Part shown: positions 1 to 10,394 of the stretch, piece by piece
How positions within the stretch are numbered: the stretch's first letter is position 1
Layout: each line of letters starts with the position of its first letter
Assembly (NCBI GenBank): GCA_964458565.1
Contig: CAYWJO010000007.1
Location: 1 to 64,000, forward strand
DNA: 64,000 nt
Source of the DNA: an uncultured archaeon
GTDB taxonomy: Archaea > Asgardarchaeota > Thorarchaeia > Thorarchaeales > Thorarchaeaceae
Direction of reading: 5' to 3'
Made by a program: the position numbers and the translations under genes
Notes under the pieces: generated by a model
The model's database searches: none
What the model saw: the letters and a program-made list of their open reading frames with translations, nothing else
Told to the model about the DNA's origin: nothing

Positions 1-20
1 CCGGACTAGGCCACGTCCCC
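1..20 (-). tRNA. 5' end of a tRNA gene cut by the window edge (isotype not visible)
   Basis: Reverse complement GGGGACG-TG-GCCT-AGTCCGG matches an archaeal acceptor stem plus D-arm start. Confidence 0.7.
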
Positions 21-79
21 GTGTGATATCACAATGAAAACCGTTTTTGATATGAAGCTTTCGACTATAGCCTGTTTCC

Positions 80-126
80 GTTACTTCTTTTGTCTAGATA
101 CGCCATCTCTTGAAATGATGTCTTCA
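80..126. repeat. 47-bp direct repeat, copy 1 (duplicated 3' end of pduO; att-like)
   Basis: Identical to 5510-5556; extends to 71/5501 with 2 mismatches. Confidence 0.95.
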
Positions 127-221
127 TCTGAATAATGGAATCGAACTCATTCCTTTCTTCTACGAGTTTATTAAGTGATAAAAAGAATTGATTGATGACT
201 TTATTGTCAGGAGTTAGATAA

Positions 222-2270
222 TTGAAAACGAAACGACTTGTACAGACAGTGGTAACTACATCTGTAATAATACTGGTTGTGGTTGGAATGGGTTCTATAC
301 CTGTATATGCAACCCCCGTTGGGAATAGATTTCGGGTAGACGGTGATAAATCTGAGAATATTCCTCCCGCTCAAGATGAAGACCCCATTGATTGGGAAAC
401 GGTTCCAGATCCTCGGGTGGAAGCTGAGGTCTTATCGCAAGGTGAAAGGACCCCACAGCATATTCCTGAAACTCCACACGTGTTCTGGGACGATGAACTA
501 GGTCGTTGCTACATTAGTACTAACATTCCTTGGGAATTACTACGAGATGCGGACATCAGTCTAGTTGGGAGTTCAATTGAGGAGAGTATACCTGACGCAC
601 CCAAGTTTGAAGATGTATATGACAGTATATGTAAAATCAAATCTTTTTCCGATGTAAAGTATGAACGGACGTTATTCTCTGATCAAGTCGTCATCATCTG
701 GGTGAAGGTGCCTACAACATGGGCAATTGGTGAGGATATTGACATACAGTTTAAAATGTACAATGAAGGTTCGCAGACTGCAACTGTATCCTGTAATTTC
801 TATGGATATGATAATTCTACAGGCTTTGATATGGTAGAGTTCAGTGTCAGTGGTTCCGTCAATGTCTGTCCTGAGTCATATGGAAACAAGAACCTCACAG
901 TGGAGGTACCTGCGGAATCAGTAGGACTAAAGCGAGGTCTTGCTACCGCAACAGGTGATGCCTCCTATAGTGATGACATGGGTTACATCTTTGTTCAAAA
1001 ATTTGGTGATTCAGATACGAATGATCTTCCTGAAGATGATAGAATGTCCTATACATCGGAAAGTAATAATTACTATTGGGAGGGTCTTCCAGACATTGAT
1101 GGATTTAATATTTCAGCAGAGTATTCAATGTATCATCCCTATGCGTGGAACATCACTTGGCTTGCGGGATTTCTCGTTGATAATTCTTCATCAATGACTT
1201 TTGATACAACAGCAGAACATATTACTGAGGCAGTTACTGAGAAGATGACTTACGATTCTGGTGAAGGTTACTGGTCAGATTTCAGGATTATGAACGAAGG
1301 GTATCTTGGAAAATGTGATGAGTTTGCCTGTCTTGAAACATCGTGTCTCAGGGCACTTGGGATTCCAACAAGACAGCTACATGGTTATAGACCAGGGATT
1401 GGTGGTCACAGTTGGCCTGAATACTGGGGTGAAGAAAATGGTGATTGGTCGTGGGTACATACTGATCCAACTCGACATCAATATAACAATCCTTCAAACA
1501 TCAAAATCCTCAATTATACAGAGTTGAAGATGCGATCGAGTTGGGACGATAGCTATTCTCCTGGAGATGGTAGTAAGACAGATGGTAATCTTAGCTCCTA
1601 TGATGCATTATATGCAATTTCATATGATGGTCCTAATGACTATGAATTTAGTTTCATTGATGTATGTGAGGATGCATCAGTCTGGACCTATGACGCTAAC
1701 TGGCCAAATCCCTTGTTTGCCATAAAAAGTGGAACTTTATGTACGTCTGATGGCTATTTAAAATCATATTCAAGTTATAGCGATGGTTCCGGTCCATTTT
1801 ACTATCGAGAACTTGATGACCCACTAAGCATTGATGACTTTTGGAAGCTAGAAGTTGAAATCTCTTTCTCAAATCCGTCAGCTGCTTACAAGGGTTGTTT
1901 TGGTCTTGGACTCTATGATGAAGATAAAGAACTGATTTGCTATATCATTCTCTATGAGTGGAGCGAAGGTCAGATTGACATGGATTTGAAAACGAGATGG
2001 TATTTTAACAACGGTACTACAAACAACTATAACATATTAGATTATACGGGGTCCTCGTGGCATGGGGTCTTTTGGATTTTTAGGGATGATGCTCTGGATG
2101 GTATTTGGTCATTAATCGAAGATTTTAGTTACCAACAGCTTGCAAAATCATCAGATTTTCAGAATGATGATCGGGAGATAAGATATGTTGGTATACAGTG
2201 TAGAAAAGGCTCCGGTACTTTTCTGGTCTATAATATCCATGATGTTCGAGTCTGGGAGATTTATCGATAG
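222..2270 (+). CDS. Secreted transglutaminase-like (Cys-His-Asp) domain protein
   Basis: N-terminal hydrophobic signal; GKCDEFA...LRALGIPTR...GHSWPEY...HTDPT motifs. Confidence 0.8.
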   Translation: MKTKRLVQTVVTTSVIILVVVGMGSIPVYATPVGNRFRVDGDKSENIPPAQDEDPIDWETVPDPRVEAEVLSQGERTPQHIPETPHVFWDDELGRCYISTNIPWELLRDADISLVGSSIEESIPDAPKFEDVYDSICKIKSFSDVKYERTLFSDQVVIIWVKVPTTWAIGEDIDIQFKMYNEGSQTATVSCNFYGYDNSTGFDMVEFSVSGSVNVCPESYGNKNLTVEVPAESVGLKRGLATATGDASYSDDMGYIFVQKFGDSDTNDLPEDDRMSYTSESNNYYWEGLPDIDGFNISAEYSMYHPYAWNITWLAGFLVDNSSSMTFDTTAEHITEAVTEKMTYDSGEGYWSDFRIMNEGYLGKCDEFACLETSCLRALGIPTRQLHGYRPGIGGHSWPEYWGEENGDWSWVHTDPTRHQYNNPSNIKILNYTELKMRSSWDDSYSPGDGSKTDGNLSSYDALYAISYDGPNDYEFSFIDVCEDASVWTYDANWPNPLFAIKSGTLCTSDGYLKSYSSYSDGSGPFYYRELDDPLSIDDFWKLEVEISFSNPSAAYKGCFGLGLYDEDKELICYIILYEWSEGQIDMDLKTRWYFNNGTTNNYNILDYTGSSWHGVFWIFRDDALDGIWSLIEDFSYQQLAKSSDFQNDDREIRYVGIQCRKGSGTFLVYNIHDVRVWEIYR

Positions 2271-2389
2271 ACATATTGAAAAGTGGATGCTCCATATCAG
2301 AATTTGATACGGAGTATTCTCTTCTTTGACTTCTTAAGCTTGAAATAAAGACCTATATGCAGAAGAACCTGATATGAGTTATCATTTTA

Positions 2390-5362
2390 GTGTATTTGAG
2401 GATCCGTGGTATGCTATCGATACGCTCAGAAGGTAAATATAATGTGACTATAATAAGTGTACCCATATTGTTGATAATCGCTTCCTTGTTGTTATCTGCA
2501 CAAATAACTTACAATTCTTACTCCGAGTCACAACCTAATGATAGACCACAAGCTACCACACTTATTGAAGAAGAGATGGTCTTTGATATGTCTGAAATGC
2601 CCTTGTTCTTTACTGAGAATATAGGGCAAGTGGAATCCCCAGAAGTATTCTTCTATGGACACTTAGGACTAACATGTGTTGTTCTCGAGTCCAATAGAAT
2701 CTATCTACAAGACCCAAAGGTTGGAACTATCCTCGAGCTGGTGTTTATCAATGCACGAACATGTACGCCATTGGGTGTGGACCAACAATACATGCTTAGT
2801 AACTTCTTTCTGGGAAACCGAGGGACATTCCAGAATGTAAAATGCTATTCAGAAATTGTCTACCGAGATATCTGGCTAGGAATTGACCTACACTTGCGTA
2901 TTACTGCAGCAGGTCTCAAATATGACTATATTGTTTATCCCGGTGGAAATGTATCGGATATCCAGATTGGAGTCACTGGCCATGAAAACCTCTATATTAC
3001 GAGAGAGCAGATCATTGTAGGAATGGACTCGTACTCCATCATTGACAATCAGCTTAAAGCCTTTCAAGAGGAGCAACCAATACACGTTGAATTCACACAG
3101 AGGGATGTAAATGTCTATGGCTTTAGAATGGATGATTATGATTATTCTTCAGTGCTTGAAATTGAGCCCCTACTCTATTCCACCTTAATCGGTGGGTCAA
3201 GTATTGATATCAGCAGGGATATTGTTGTGGATGATGAAAAGAATGTCTACATCACAGGTCGGACGGGATCAATGAACTTTCCTACCCTGAATTCATATGA
3301 TTCTACATATAATTCAGGAACTGCTTCCGTTACCGATGACTGTTTTATCACGAAGTTAAATCCATTGGGAGATATTATATACTCCACATATGTGGGAGGA
3401 TTGTTGTGGGAGGAAGGCATCGCTCTCGCTGTAAATGATGAGGGAAATGTGTTTGTCACAGGCAGAACAACTTCCTACGACTTTCCAATTGTGAATGGGT
3501 ACGATCAGAGTTTTGGCGGAGGGGGTAACTACGACTGTTTCATCCTAGTCCTCAACTCAACAGGAACTGGATTAATTTACTCGACGTATATGGGAGGAGA
3601 TATGCATGATGAGGGTGATGCTATATCAATTGATGATGATGGAAATATATTCATTGCAGGTACCACTTCCGAACGTTCATTTCCTACCGTGAATGCTTAT
3701 GATGACACCTGGAATGATGGCTATGACTGCTTTGTTCTCAAAATGAATTCAACCGGAACCGGTCTTATATATTCAACCTACGTAGGAGGGACTTTCTCAG
3801 AAACACCACCTTATGATGACCGTGATGATATCGCAGTAGCTATGACTGTTGACTCAGAAGGGTGTGCCTACGTAACAGGGTATACCAACTCACAGTCTTT
3901 TCCCACAGTCAATGCATATGATGACACACTTGGCTCATGGAATACAGATGACTGTTTCGTGTTCAAGCTGAATGCCACGGGAAGTGGATTGGTCTATTCT
4001 ACCTATATTGGGGATATAGGTCAAGACCGAGGTGCTGACATAACTATTGATTCAGCCGGATGTGCCTACATCACAGGTTCAACGCAATCAAATGCCTTTC
4101 CCCTGAGCGATGCCTATGACACCACTCTCAATGGAACGTCGGACACCTTTCTTACCAAGCTCTCATCAGATGGAAACCAGCTTCTCTATTCCACATATAT
4201 AGGAGGCTCTGAAACCGACTCAGGACAGACACTCATGCATGATGTCATGAACAATATCTATCTCGGGGGGATTACTTGGTCGCCTGACTTTCCTGCTGTA
4301 AATGGTGCTGATTATGAAGGAAACGGGAGCATGGACTGCTTTGTCCTCAAGATGAATCTCACTGCAAATACACTCACATACTCAACCACTGTGGGTGGAA
4401 CCTTGGCTGACAACTTGCAGTCTCTTACCCTTGATGCCTATGGAACAGTTTATGCTGCCGGATACACGTACTCGGATGACTTCCCTCTGGTCAATCCGTA
4501 TGATGCGACACAGAACGGTGAGAGCGATGTCTTCGTGTTCATACTACCTGACATGGGGGACTCCGATGCTGATGGAATACCTGACTACAACGAGTCCCTC
4601 TATGGGACCGACAGGTTCTCTGCAGACTCTGACCAAGATGGATTAACTGACTCCGAGGAGCTTTTTATACACTTCACGAATCCGCTGTCGAATGACAGCG
4701 ACTTCGACCTACTTGATGACTATGCTGAGCTCATGATACATCTCACTAATCCATTGAGCAACGATTCAGACTCAGATCTTATGCCTGATGGGTGGGAGGT
4801 CATGAACCTGCTTGACCCGTTAGATCCATCAGATGCTGTACAAGACCCTGACAATGATATGCTATCAAATCTTGGTGAGTTACAGAACGGTACACTCCCG
4901 AATGACAACGACACGGACTCGGACCTGATGTCAGATGGATGGGAGGTGCTGTACGACCTAAACCCCTTAAACCCATCTGACGCTAGCAGTGACCTTGACC
5001 TGGACACACTGACGAACCAACAGGAGTATAATCTAGGGACCAATCCCCAGTCGAGTGACAGCGACGTTGATGGGATACCTGATGCATGGGAGGTTTCGAT
5101 GGGATTCGACCCACTTGATTCCGAGGTATCAATATTAGAGTTCCTCCTCTACAACATGCATGTCACGTTCCTTCTATCCGTGTTGGTTACTGGTACAGGA
5201 ATGGCTGTATACTACCTCATGCGTCCGCGTCTGGAAGAACTGAAGATGCGAAAAGAACAAGAGCACGAACAAGAGGAGATACATTCAGTCATCAAGCTAT
5301 TGGGGGGAGATGAAGTGAATACACAACAGGTTGATGAAGCAGATAACGAGATGTATGACTAG
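2390..5362 (+). CDS. Surface protein with SBBP beta-propeller repeats, TSP3-like Ca-binding repeats and a C-terminal TM anchor
   Basis: Repeated YSTYxGG...D.G.AYVTG.T.S..FP units; DSDxDxxPDGWE repeats; C-terminal TM. Confidence 0.85.
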   Translation: MYLRIRGMLSIRSEGKYNVTIISVPILLIIASLLLSAQITYNSYSESQPNDRPQATTLIEEEMVFDMSEMPLFFTENIGQVESPEVFFYGHLGLTCVVLESNRIYLQDPKVGTILELVFINARTCTPLGVDQQYMLSNFFLGNRGTFQNVKCYSEIVYRDIWLGIDLHLRITAAGLKYDYIVYPGGNVSDIQIGVTGHENLYITREQIIVGMDSYSIIDNQLKAFQEEQPIHVEFTQRDVNVYGFRMDDYDYSSVLEIEPLLYSTLIGGSSIDISRDIVVDDEKNVYITGRTGSMNFPTLNSYDSTYNSGTASVTDDCFITKLNPLGDIIYSTYVGGLLWEEGIALAVNDEGNVFVTGRTTSYDFPIVNGYDQSFGGGGNYDCFILVLNSTGTGLIYSTYMGGDMHDEGDAISIDDDGNIFIAGTTSERSFPTVNAYDDTWNDGYDCFVLKMNSTGTGLIYSTYVGGTFSETPPYDDRDDIAVAMTVDSEGCAYVTGYTNSQSFPTVNAYDDTLGSWNTDDCFVFKLNATGSGLVYSTYIGDIGQDRGADITIDSAGCAYITGSTQSNAFPLSDAYDTTLNGTSDTFLTKLSSDGNQLLYSTYIGGSETDSGQTLMHDVMNNIYLGGITWSPDFPAVNGADYEGNGSMDCFVLKMNLTANTLTYSTTVGGTLADNLQSLTLDAYGTVYAAGYTYSDDFPLVNPYDATQNGESDVFVFILPDMGDSDADGIPDYNESLYGTDRFSADSDQDGLTDSEELFIHFTNPLSNDSDFDLLDDYAELMIHLTNPLSNDSDSDLMPDGWEVMNLLDPLDPSDAVQDPDNDMLSNLGELQNGTLPNDNDTDSDLMSDGWEVLYDLNPLNPSDASSDLDLDTLTNQQEYNLGTNPQSSDSDVDGIPDAWEVSMGFDPLDSEVSILEFLLYNMHVTFLLSVLVTGTGMAVYYLMRPRLEELKMRKEQEHEQEEIHSVIKLLGGDEVNTQQVDEADNEMYD

Positions 5363-5509
5363 CTGCTCCATTGGTATGGATAGATTCTAGATCATAAATC
5401 ACTTATGATGCGAAGATAGAGCGTTGGATTAATCCTATTCATTGTCTGGGTGGCTGCAAAAATCGTCAGTGCTTTTCTCGAGCTTGCTACTTACGTGAGT
5501 CCTATTTCT

Positions 5510-5556
5510 GTTACTTCTTTTGTCTAGATACGCCATCTCTTGAAATGATGTCTTCA
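5510..5556. repeat. 47-bp direct repeat, copy 2 (intact pduO 3' end)
   Basis: Identical to 80-126. Confidence 0.95.
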
Positions 5557-6086
5557 CCATCTCCTTCCCCTACATTTGCGTACCGTGCTATTACAAAGAG
5601 TGTGTCCGATAGACGATTGAGATATTTGATTATCACTGGACTTACAGGTTTTTGCTCAGATAATGAAATTACTCGTCTTTCTGCTCGCCTGCATACAGTA
5701 CGAGCCTGATGCAAGAACGCTGCTGATTTTGTACCACCAGGAATAACAAAGTTTGAGATTGGTGGAAGTTCTTCAGTGAGTTCATCTGCAAGATGCTCAA
5801 GGTCGGTTACATCTGTTTCACTAATCCGGTTCAAAAAACCGAATATCTCATTATCATCATGTGATGTTGCAAGCTCAGCTGCCGCATTGAAAAGACGTTG
5901 CTGAATTGCATGAAGAAAACTTGCTACTCTCTCGCCTGAATGTACTTTTGCGACACCTAAGACTGTTATCAGTTCATCAACTGTTCCATATGCTTCAACT
6001 TGGGGGCTGTCTTTTTCTATTCTCTCTCCGGTCAACAATCCCGTCTTTCCTTTGTCTCCCTTTCTCGTATAGATACTGTCAGGCAC
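5511..6086 (-). CDS. pduO: PduO-type cob(I)alamin adenosyltransferase
   Basis: IYTRKGDKGKTGL, EAYGTVDEL, RTVCRRAERR, YLNRLSD motifs; GTG start after GGAGAT. Confidence 0.92.
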   Translation of the reverse strand: MPDSIYTRKGDKGKTGLLTGERIEKDSPQVEAYGTVDELITVLGVAKVHSGERVASFLHAIQQRLFNAAAELATSHDDNEIFGFLNRISETDVTDLEHLADELTEELPPISNFVIPGGTKSAAFLHQARTVCRRAERRVISLSEQKPVSPVIIKYLNRLSDTLFVIARYANVGEGDGEDIISRDGVSRQKK

Positions 6087-6173
6087 GATGATTATCTCCT
6101 TTGACAACAAAGATTTCTATCTATCATTCATTGAACATCTTGAGTTAAAAGGGATGCATATCATTGCAAAAGT

Positions 6174-6854
6174 ATGACGGCCAGATTAAGAGGAGTTGCA
6201 GGAGTTGACGAAGCAGGACGTGGTCCCATGATTGGACCGATGGTCGTCTGCGGAATCCTGTTAGACCAAAACGACGTTCCCAGTTTGAAACGAATGGGTG
6301 CAAAGGATTCTAAGACACTTTCTTCTAGGCGTCGAGCTGAACTCTCAGTTGCGATCCGCAAAATTGCTAGTCATGTGAAAATGGAGATTGTTTCCGCATA
6401 TGATATTGACACCATGAGAAAAAAGATGACACTGAATGAGATTGAAGTAAGAGCATTCGTTTCCATCCTGAAAAAACTCATGCCATCTGAAGCCTATCTT
6501 GATGCCGCGGATGTAAAAGCGGATAGATTCGGTGATACAATTGGGGAACGAAGTGGTCTTACTAAGCTTGGTTGTAAGATTATCTCGGAGCATAAAGCAG
6601 ATGCGAAATATCCTATCGTAGGCGCTGCATCAATCATCGCAAAACACGAGCGTGATAGTATAATCGAATCCCTTCATCACGAATATGGTGATTTTGGTTC
6701 TGGGTATCCTTCTGATCCCAAGACTGTAGAATATGTCAAGGGCTATATCATGGAAGGCAAAGAATTACCCCTGTTCGTCAGAACTAGCTGGGATTCTGTT
6801 AAAAAACTTGTAGACAAATATAGTACGCATCAATCACGACTAGATAGATTTTGA
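6174..6854 (+). CDS. rnhB: Ribonuclease HII
   Basis: GVDEAGRGP, DSK, AASIIAK, GSGYPSDP. Confidence 0.97.
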   Translation: MTARLRGVAGVDEAGRGPMIGPMVVCGILLDQNDVPSLKRMGAKDSKTLSSRRRAELSVAIRKIASHVKMEIVSAYDIDTMRKKMTLNEIEVRAFVSILKKLMPSEAYLDAADVKADRFGDTIGERSGLTKLGCKIISEHKADAKYPIVGAASIIAKHERDSIIESLHHEYGDFGSGYPSDPKTVEYVKGYIMEGKELPLFVRTSWDSVKKLVDKYSTHQSRLDRF

Positions 6855-6855
6855 A

Positions 6856-7833
6856 CTAGTTTTGAGACCGTTCTTTGATTATTTTCTTCAGTTCTTGACT
6901 CTTGTCAATGTGGTCCAATTCATGTTGTCTGATTATTGGCAATTCGATAGTATCTTTCTCTATTCTTCCTTCTTCTGCTATGATTAAAGAATCCAAATCT
7001 GTAACATCTGATACACTCTTCAAGATACTCATTCGTTTCTGCAATTTTCTACTAGCTATTGAACCAACACCTGTCATTATTGGTGAGCCCTCCTCCTTTG
7101 CTGCAACATGAAATGGTGCACGGTCAGTCCAGAGTACTTTCATTCCTAATCTTTCAAAGAATTGATTCACTTGTTCTTCTAAATACGTAATTTCCGATGT
7201 TCGTGAAATTGGTGTTGGCTCTCGCTCTACTAACACATTTCTAAAGATATCCAACGGTATTATCAGGTCCGTTTCAAGAACTTCTTCTAAACGATCCGCA
7301 ACGCCCTTACTCACATCCATCTCTTCTTTCTCATATGCAAGAATAGCCCTAGTTGAAACTTCAACACATTTAGCCAGTTCTTTCTTCGTCATGTCATATG
7401 AGATGCGCACTTCTCTCAATTTCGCTCCATCTATTGCGACAAATCTGCCGCCTCTCTGAATGAACTCTCTTGGCATTTTCTCTTCAGAGATCAATCCTTC
7501 AAATGTGGGTGGAGTGATTGTGGAAACACCAAACCGTTTGTATACAACACCCTCATCCAAAGTTCCCCTTCTTGTCTGTCTGCCAATGATGAGGGGAGTG
7601 GCACTGAAGAAATGTGCAACGAGTTGCAAGGACTCAGCATCTTCTCTGGTTAGGGTATCAATGTTCGAGAGAACCTTCACCAGAACTAGCTGATCACCCT
7701 TCCGAGCTACTAAATCGAAACAACTAGGTCTGACATCACATTGTGAAGAAAGGTCGAACCCAGCCTCCTCTAGATTTGAAATGACCTCTTGAATCAGCTG
7801 GCTCCGAGCTTGTGACATTACATTGACCACCAT
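6856..7833 (-). CDS. Archaeal XRE-HTH transcriptional regulator with N-terminal nuclease-like fold
   Basis: SCFDLVAR...KVLSNID; central HTH; usual neighbour of rnhB/fibrillarin. Confidence 0.8.
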   Translation of the reverse strand: MVVNVMSQARSQLIQEVISNLEEAGFDLSSQCDVRPSCFDLVARKGDQLVLVKVLSNIDTLTREDAESLQLVAHFFSATPLIIGRQTRRGTLDEGVVYKRFGVSTITPPTFEGLISEEKMPREFIQRGGRFVAIDGAKLREVRISYDMTKKELAKCVEVSTRAILAYEKEEMDVSKGVADRLEEVLETDLIIPLDIFRNVLVEREPTPISRTSEITYLEEQVNQFFERLGMKVLWTDRAPFHVAAKEEGSPIMTGVGSIASRKLQKRMSILKSVSDVTDLDSLIIAEEGRIEKDTIELPIIRQHELDHIDKSQELKKIIKERSQN

Positions 7834-7889
7834 TTCTTTGGTCTATAATCCTTTTCAGGATTACTAAATGTGCGACTAACATCGAAATT

Positions 7890-8333
7890 TCAATCATCTG
7901 AGGAAGTCAGTGTGAAGCCTATTACAGTAGTAGATGGAAACAATCGTCTTAGAATCTGTATCTGTGGCCTTACGAACTGTTCAACCAGTACCCATTCACT
8001 AATTCCATTCCATTCAATTGTTACCTCTCCTTCAATTATCTTGCAGAGCAAATACAGCTCAGTCTTTCCTCCTGATAAGGTAAACATACCTGGTCCAAGA
8101 TCCATTCTTCTGAGGATAATCAAAGGGAGTCTTATCTCAGAATGAAGATGTTCTGGTACTAGTTCTAAAAGCCTCTCGATTTCCTCTTTGCGGAATGCCG
8201 AAGGCTCTCCGCCTCTTGTTTGATAGAAATAATCCCCTTTTGCAAGTATATCCTTTAATGACACACGTTTTGAAGGAAGATGATCATTCGCTGTGTCAAT
8301 CTCATGTTCTAAAATCCTATCGAAGTAAGTCAC
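7890..8333 (-). CDS. DUF61-family protein
   Basis: N.HLP..R.SL and RLPLII motifs; position downstream of fibrillarin. Confidence 0.7.
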   Translation of the reverse strand: MTYFDRILEHEIDTANDHLPSKRVSLKDILAKGDYFYQTRGGEPSAFRKEEIERLLELVPEHLHSEIRLPLIILRRMDLGPGMFTLSGGKTELYLLCKIIEGEVTIEWNGISEWVLVEQFVRPQIQILRRLFPSTTVIGFTLTSSDD

Positions 8334-9028
8334 CTGAGTTCCTCCGTAACTCTCACAATTAGGAAGATATGATCTTTCTCAAGCGGCTCAAGATCCACTC
8401 GCTCTATAATCTCTAAGCCATGATTATCTAGATATGTGATTTCTTTATCATATATGCTCTGAACATCCTTTGCAGAATCAATACTTCGTGCTTTGATAGC
8501 AATCATTCCCCACGCACCAAAAGAACAGAATGTTCGGAGATTCTCGTAGAAGATTTCAGACTGGTTTGATTGTGCAACATCCTGATATATCACATCAATG
8601 GGTCCGGTCACAATCGGATTGTAACGTGATGGATACCTAGCATCATCTACAATAGGATAGATGTTGGTTCGTGTAGTTGCAAGTGTGAATAGGTCTCTTG
8701 CAGTTCTGGGTGAGAATTCCACTCCATAGACAGCACCTTCTGGGCCAATAATATCAGAAACATGACTCACAGTTGTTCCCGATGCAGCTCCTAAGTACAA
8801 AACTCTGGAGCCTAGTTGGATAGGCATCTCATTCAATCCATTATGTATAGCCGCAGCAAGTTTTGACCTTCTTGTTGCCCATAATCTGAATTCTTCATTA
8901 TCTATGGACACTAGTTTCTCACCATAGACGCTCTGATCTGGGACTAGGGTGCGAGTAGCTAGTGATGACCTCTTTCCATCCTGAACTCTGAACACTCCAG
9001 GGAACTTCGAGTTCTCTATCTCGTTCAT
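8330..9028 (-). CDS. flpA: Fibrillarin, C/D box 2'-O-methyltransferase
   Basis: RSKLAAAI, VLYLGAASGTTVSHVSD, YQDVAQ. Confidence 0.97.
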   Translation of the reverse strand: MNEIENSKFPGVFRVQDGKRSSLATRTLVPDQSVYGEKLVSIDNEEFRLWATRRSKLAAAIHNGLNEMPIQLGSRVLYLGAASGTTVSHVSDIIGPEGAVYGVEFSPRTARDLFTLATTRTNIYPIVDDARYPSRYNPIVTGPIDVIYQDVAQSNQSEIFYENLRTFCSFGAWGMIAIKARSIDSAKDVQSIYDKEITYLDNHGLEIIERVDLEPLEKDHIFLIVRVTEELR

Positions 9029-10260
9029 TTTCTTTTCCTCCTCGTATTATCTCTTCTAGAACCTCTACTTTGTTTCTGAGTTGGAGGGGGTTTTGGTTTT
9101 TCAGGTGGTTCTTCTGCATTCTGTAATTTGATTTCTTCAACACGTTTCATAAAATCCGCTCGTAGTTTGTCTCCCACATCGCTACCAGAATAGGCATCTA
9201 TTCTTGCTGCAATTGAGATTTTACCCGCGAGAGCTCTAGCTATCTTTCCCCTTTGCCAGTATGGTGCTGAGTGTATTTCCGGAACCTGATAGATTACGCC
9301 ATGTTTTGGAGGTGCCGCGCCGGTCTTTAGGCTACGAAAGAGCGCTTTTTCTGCGCCAAATACTTGAACTGTACTAGAAGGCTTTCTAGCTAAATCCATC
9401 AACGAACCTGCTAGGCTAATCAATCTAGCACCTACCATATGTCCAATAAGCTTGCTGATGTTGGGTGCAATGTTGGACATCAGTTCTTCAATATACCTCT
9501 CCATCTCACGTCGGAGATCATAAAGATCAATGACCCTCTGAGCGAGTCCAGATACAGCATCTAGATCCCCAGCTTCTAAATCCGCCCCGATATCCTTTGG
9601 TAATTCACTGAGAATATACTTAGAAAGCTTCTCTGGAACTCCTATCTTACTCAAGTTCTCCTTTGTGGTTTCAACACGACCCCTACATGTCTTAACTATG
9701 CGAGCATACAGTTCGTGATCTTCAACTAGACTGTCCAATGAAGGGTGATGAAGCGAATACCACTCTCTCAGGCGCATTGCAAGGACATTGATTGATTTGT
9801 CAGTTTCAGATACTGCATCAATTGCGTTCTTAACGAGTAGATCCTTCTGTTCACTTGCAGCACTCAGAGTGATTCTTGAGAGGTTCAATACCATCTGATG
9901 TCTAAACGATCTAACCGACTCTATTGATTCTACTATTCCACTCTTCTGGATGAATTCATTTTCATTGTCACGGAACCATCTAAGAGGGGCTGCTGTTTCA
10001 TCGATTGTGATTTTTTTGCTTGAAAGGCTACTGAGACGCTTACCTAACGCAATATGATCGACAATGAATTCATTCTCATCAAGTTCATCTATGTTCTGAG
10101 CAGTTTCCTTGATTAGAGATGTGCTCTCTCCTTCGTTGATTTGAAATATCTCTCTCGCAGCTCTCTCTGTATCAGGGTAGGTGAGTTGTTTCGAAACAAC
10201 CTCACTCTTTTCATTGATAACAAAGATGCCTAACGATGTGAGTGCCACATAAAGTGTCAT
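9025..10260 (-). CDS. nop5: C/D box RNP protein Nop5 (Nop56/58)
   Basis: RLREWYSLH, GAEKALF, PKHGVIY, RGKIARALA. Confidence 0.97.
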   Translation of the reverse strand: MTLYVALTSLGIFVINEKSEVVSKQLTYPDTERAAREIFQINEGESTSLIKETAQNIDELDENEFIVDHIALGKRLSSLSSKKITIDETAAPLRWFRDNENEFIQKSGIVESIESVRSFRHQMVLNLSRITLSAASEQKDLLVKNAIDAVSETDKSINVLAMRLREWYSLHHPSLDSLVEDHELYARIVKTCRGRVETTKENLSKIGVPEKLSKYILSELPKDIGADLEAGDLDAVSGLAQRVIDLYDLRREMERYIEELMSNIAPNISKLIGHMVGARLISLAGSLMDLARKPSSTVQVFGAEKALFRSLKTGAAPPKHGVIYQVPEIHSAPYWQRGKIARALAGKISIAARIDAYSGSDVGDKLRADFMKRVEEIKLQNAEEPPEKPKPPPTQKQSRGSRRDNTRRKRK

Positions 10261-10394
10261 GATGTTAGCCCCTAGTATTGTTTTGGAAGTGCATTTGTCG
10301 AATAAATCATTCCATAGGGGGCTGAACCCACATCTCTGGTCAATCCATTGGGCTTATTACTTACAACACATCCACATATCTCCCAGGTGCTCTG

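Larger units (their letters stand above)
80..5556. mobile_element. Putative integrated island (~5.4 kb) at the 3' end of the adenosyltransferase gene; no integrase
   Basis: Flanked by a 47-bp direct repeat that includes the host stop codon; cargo is two surface proteins. Confidence 0.65.
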
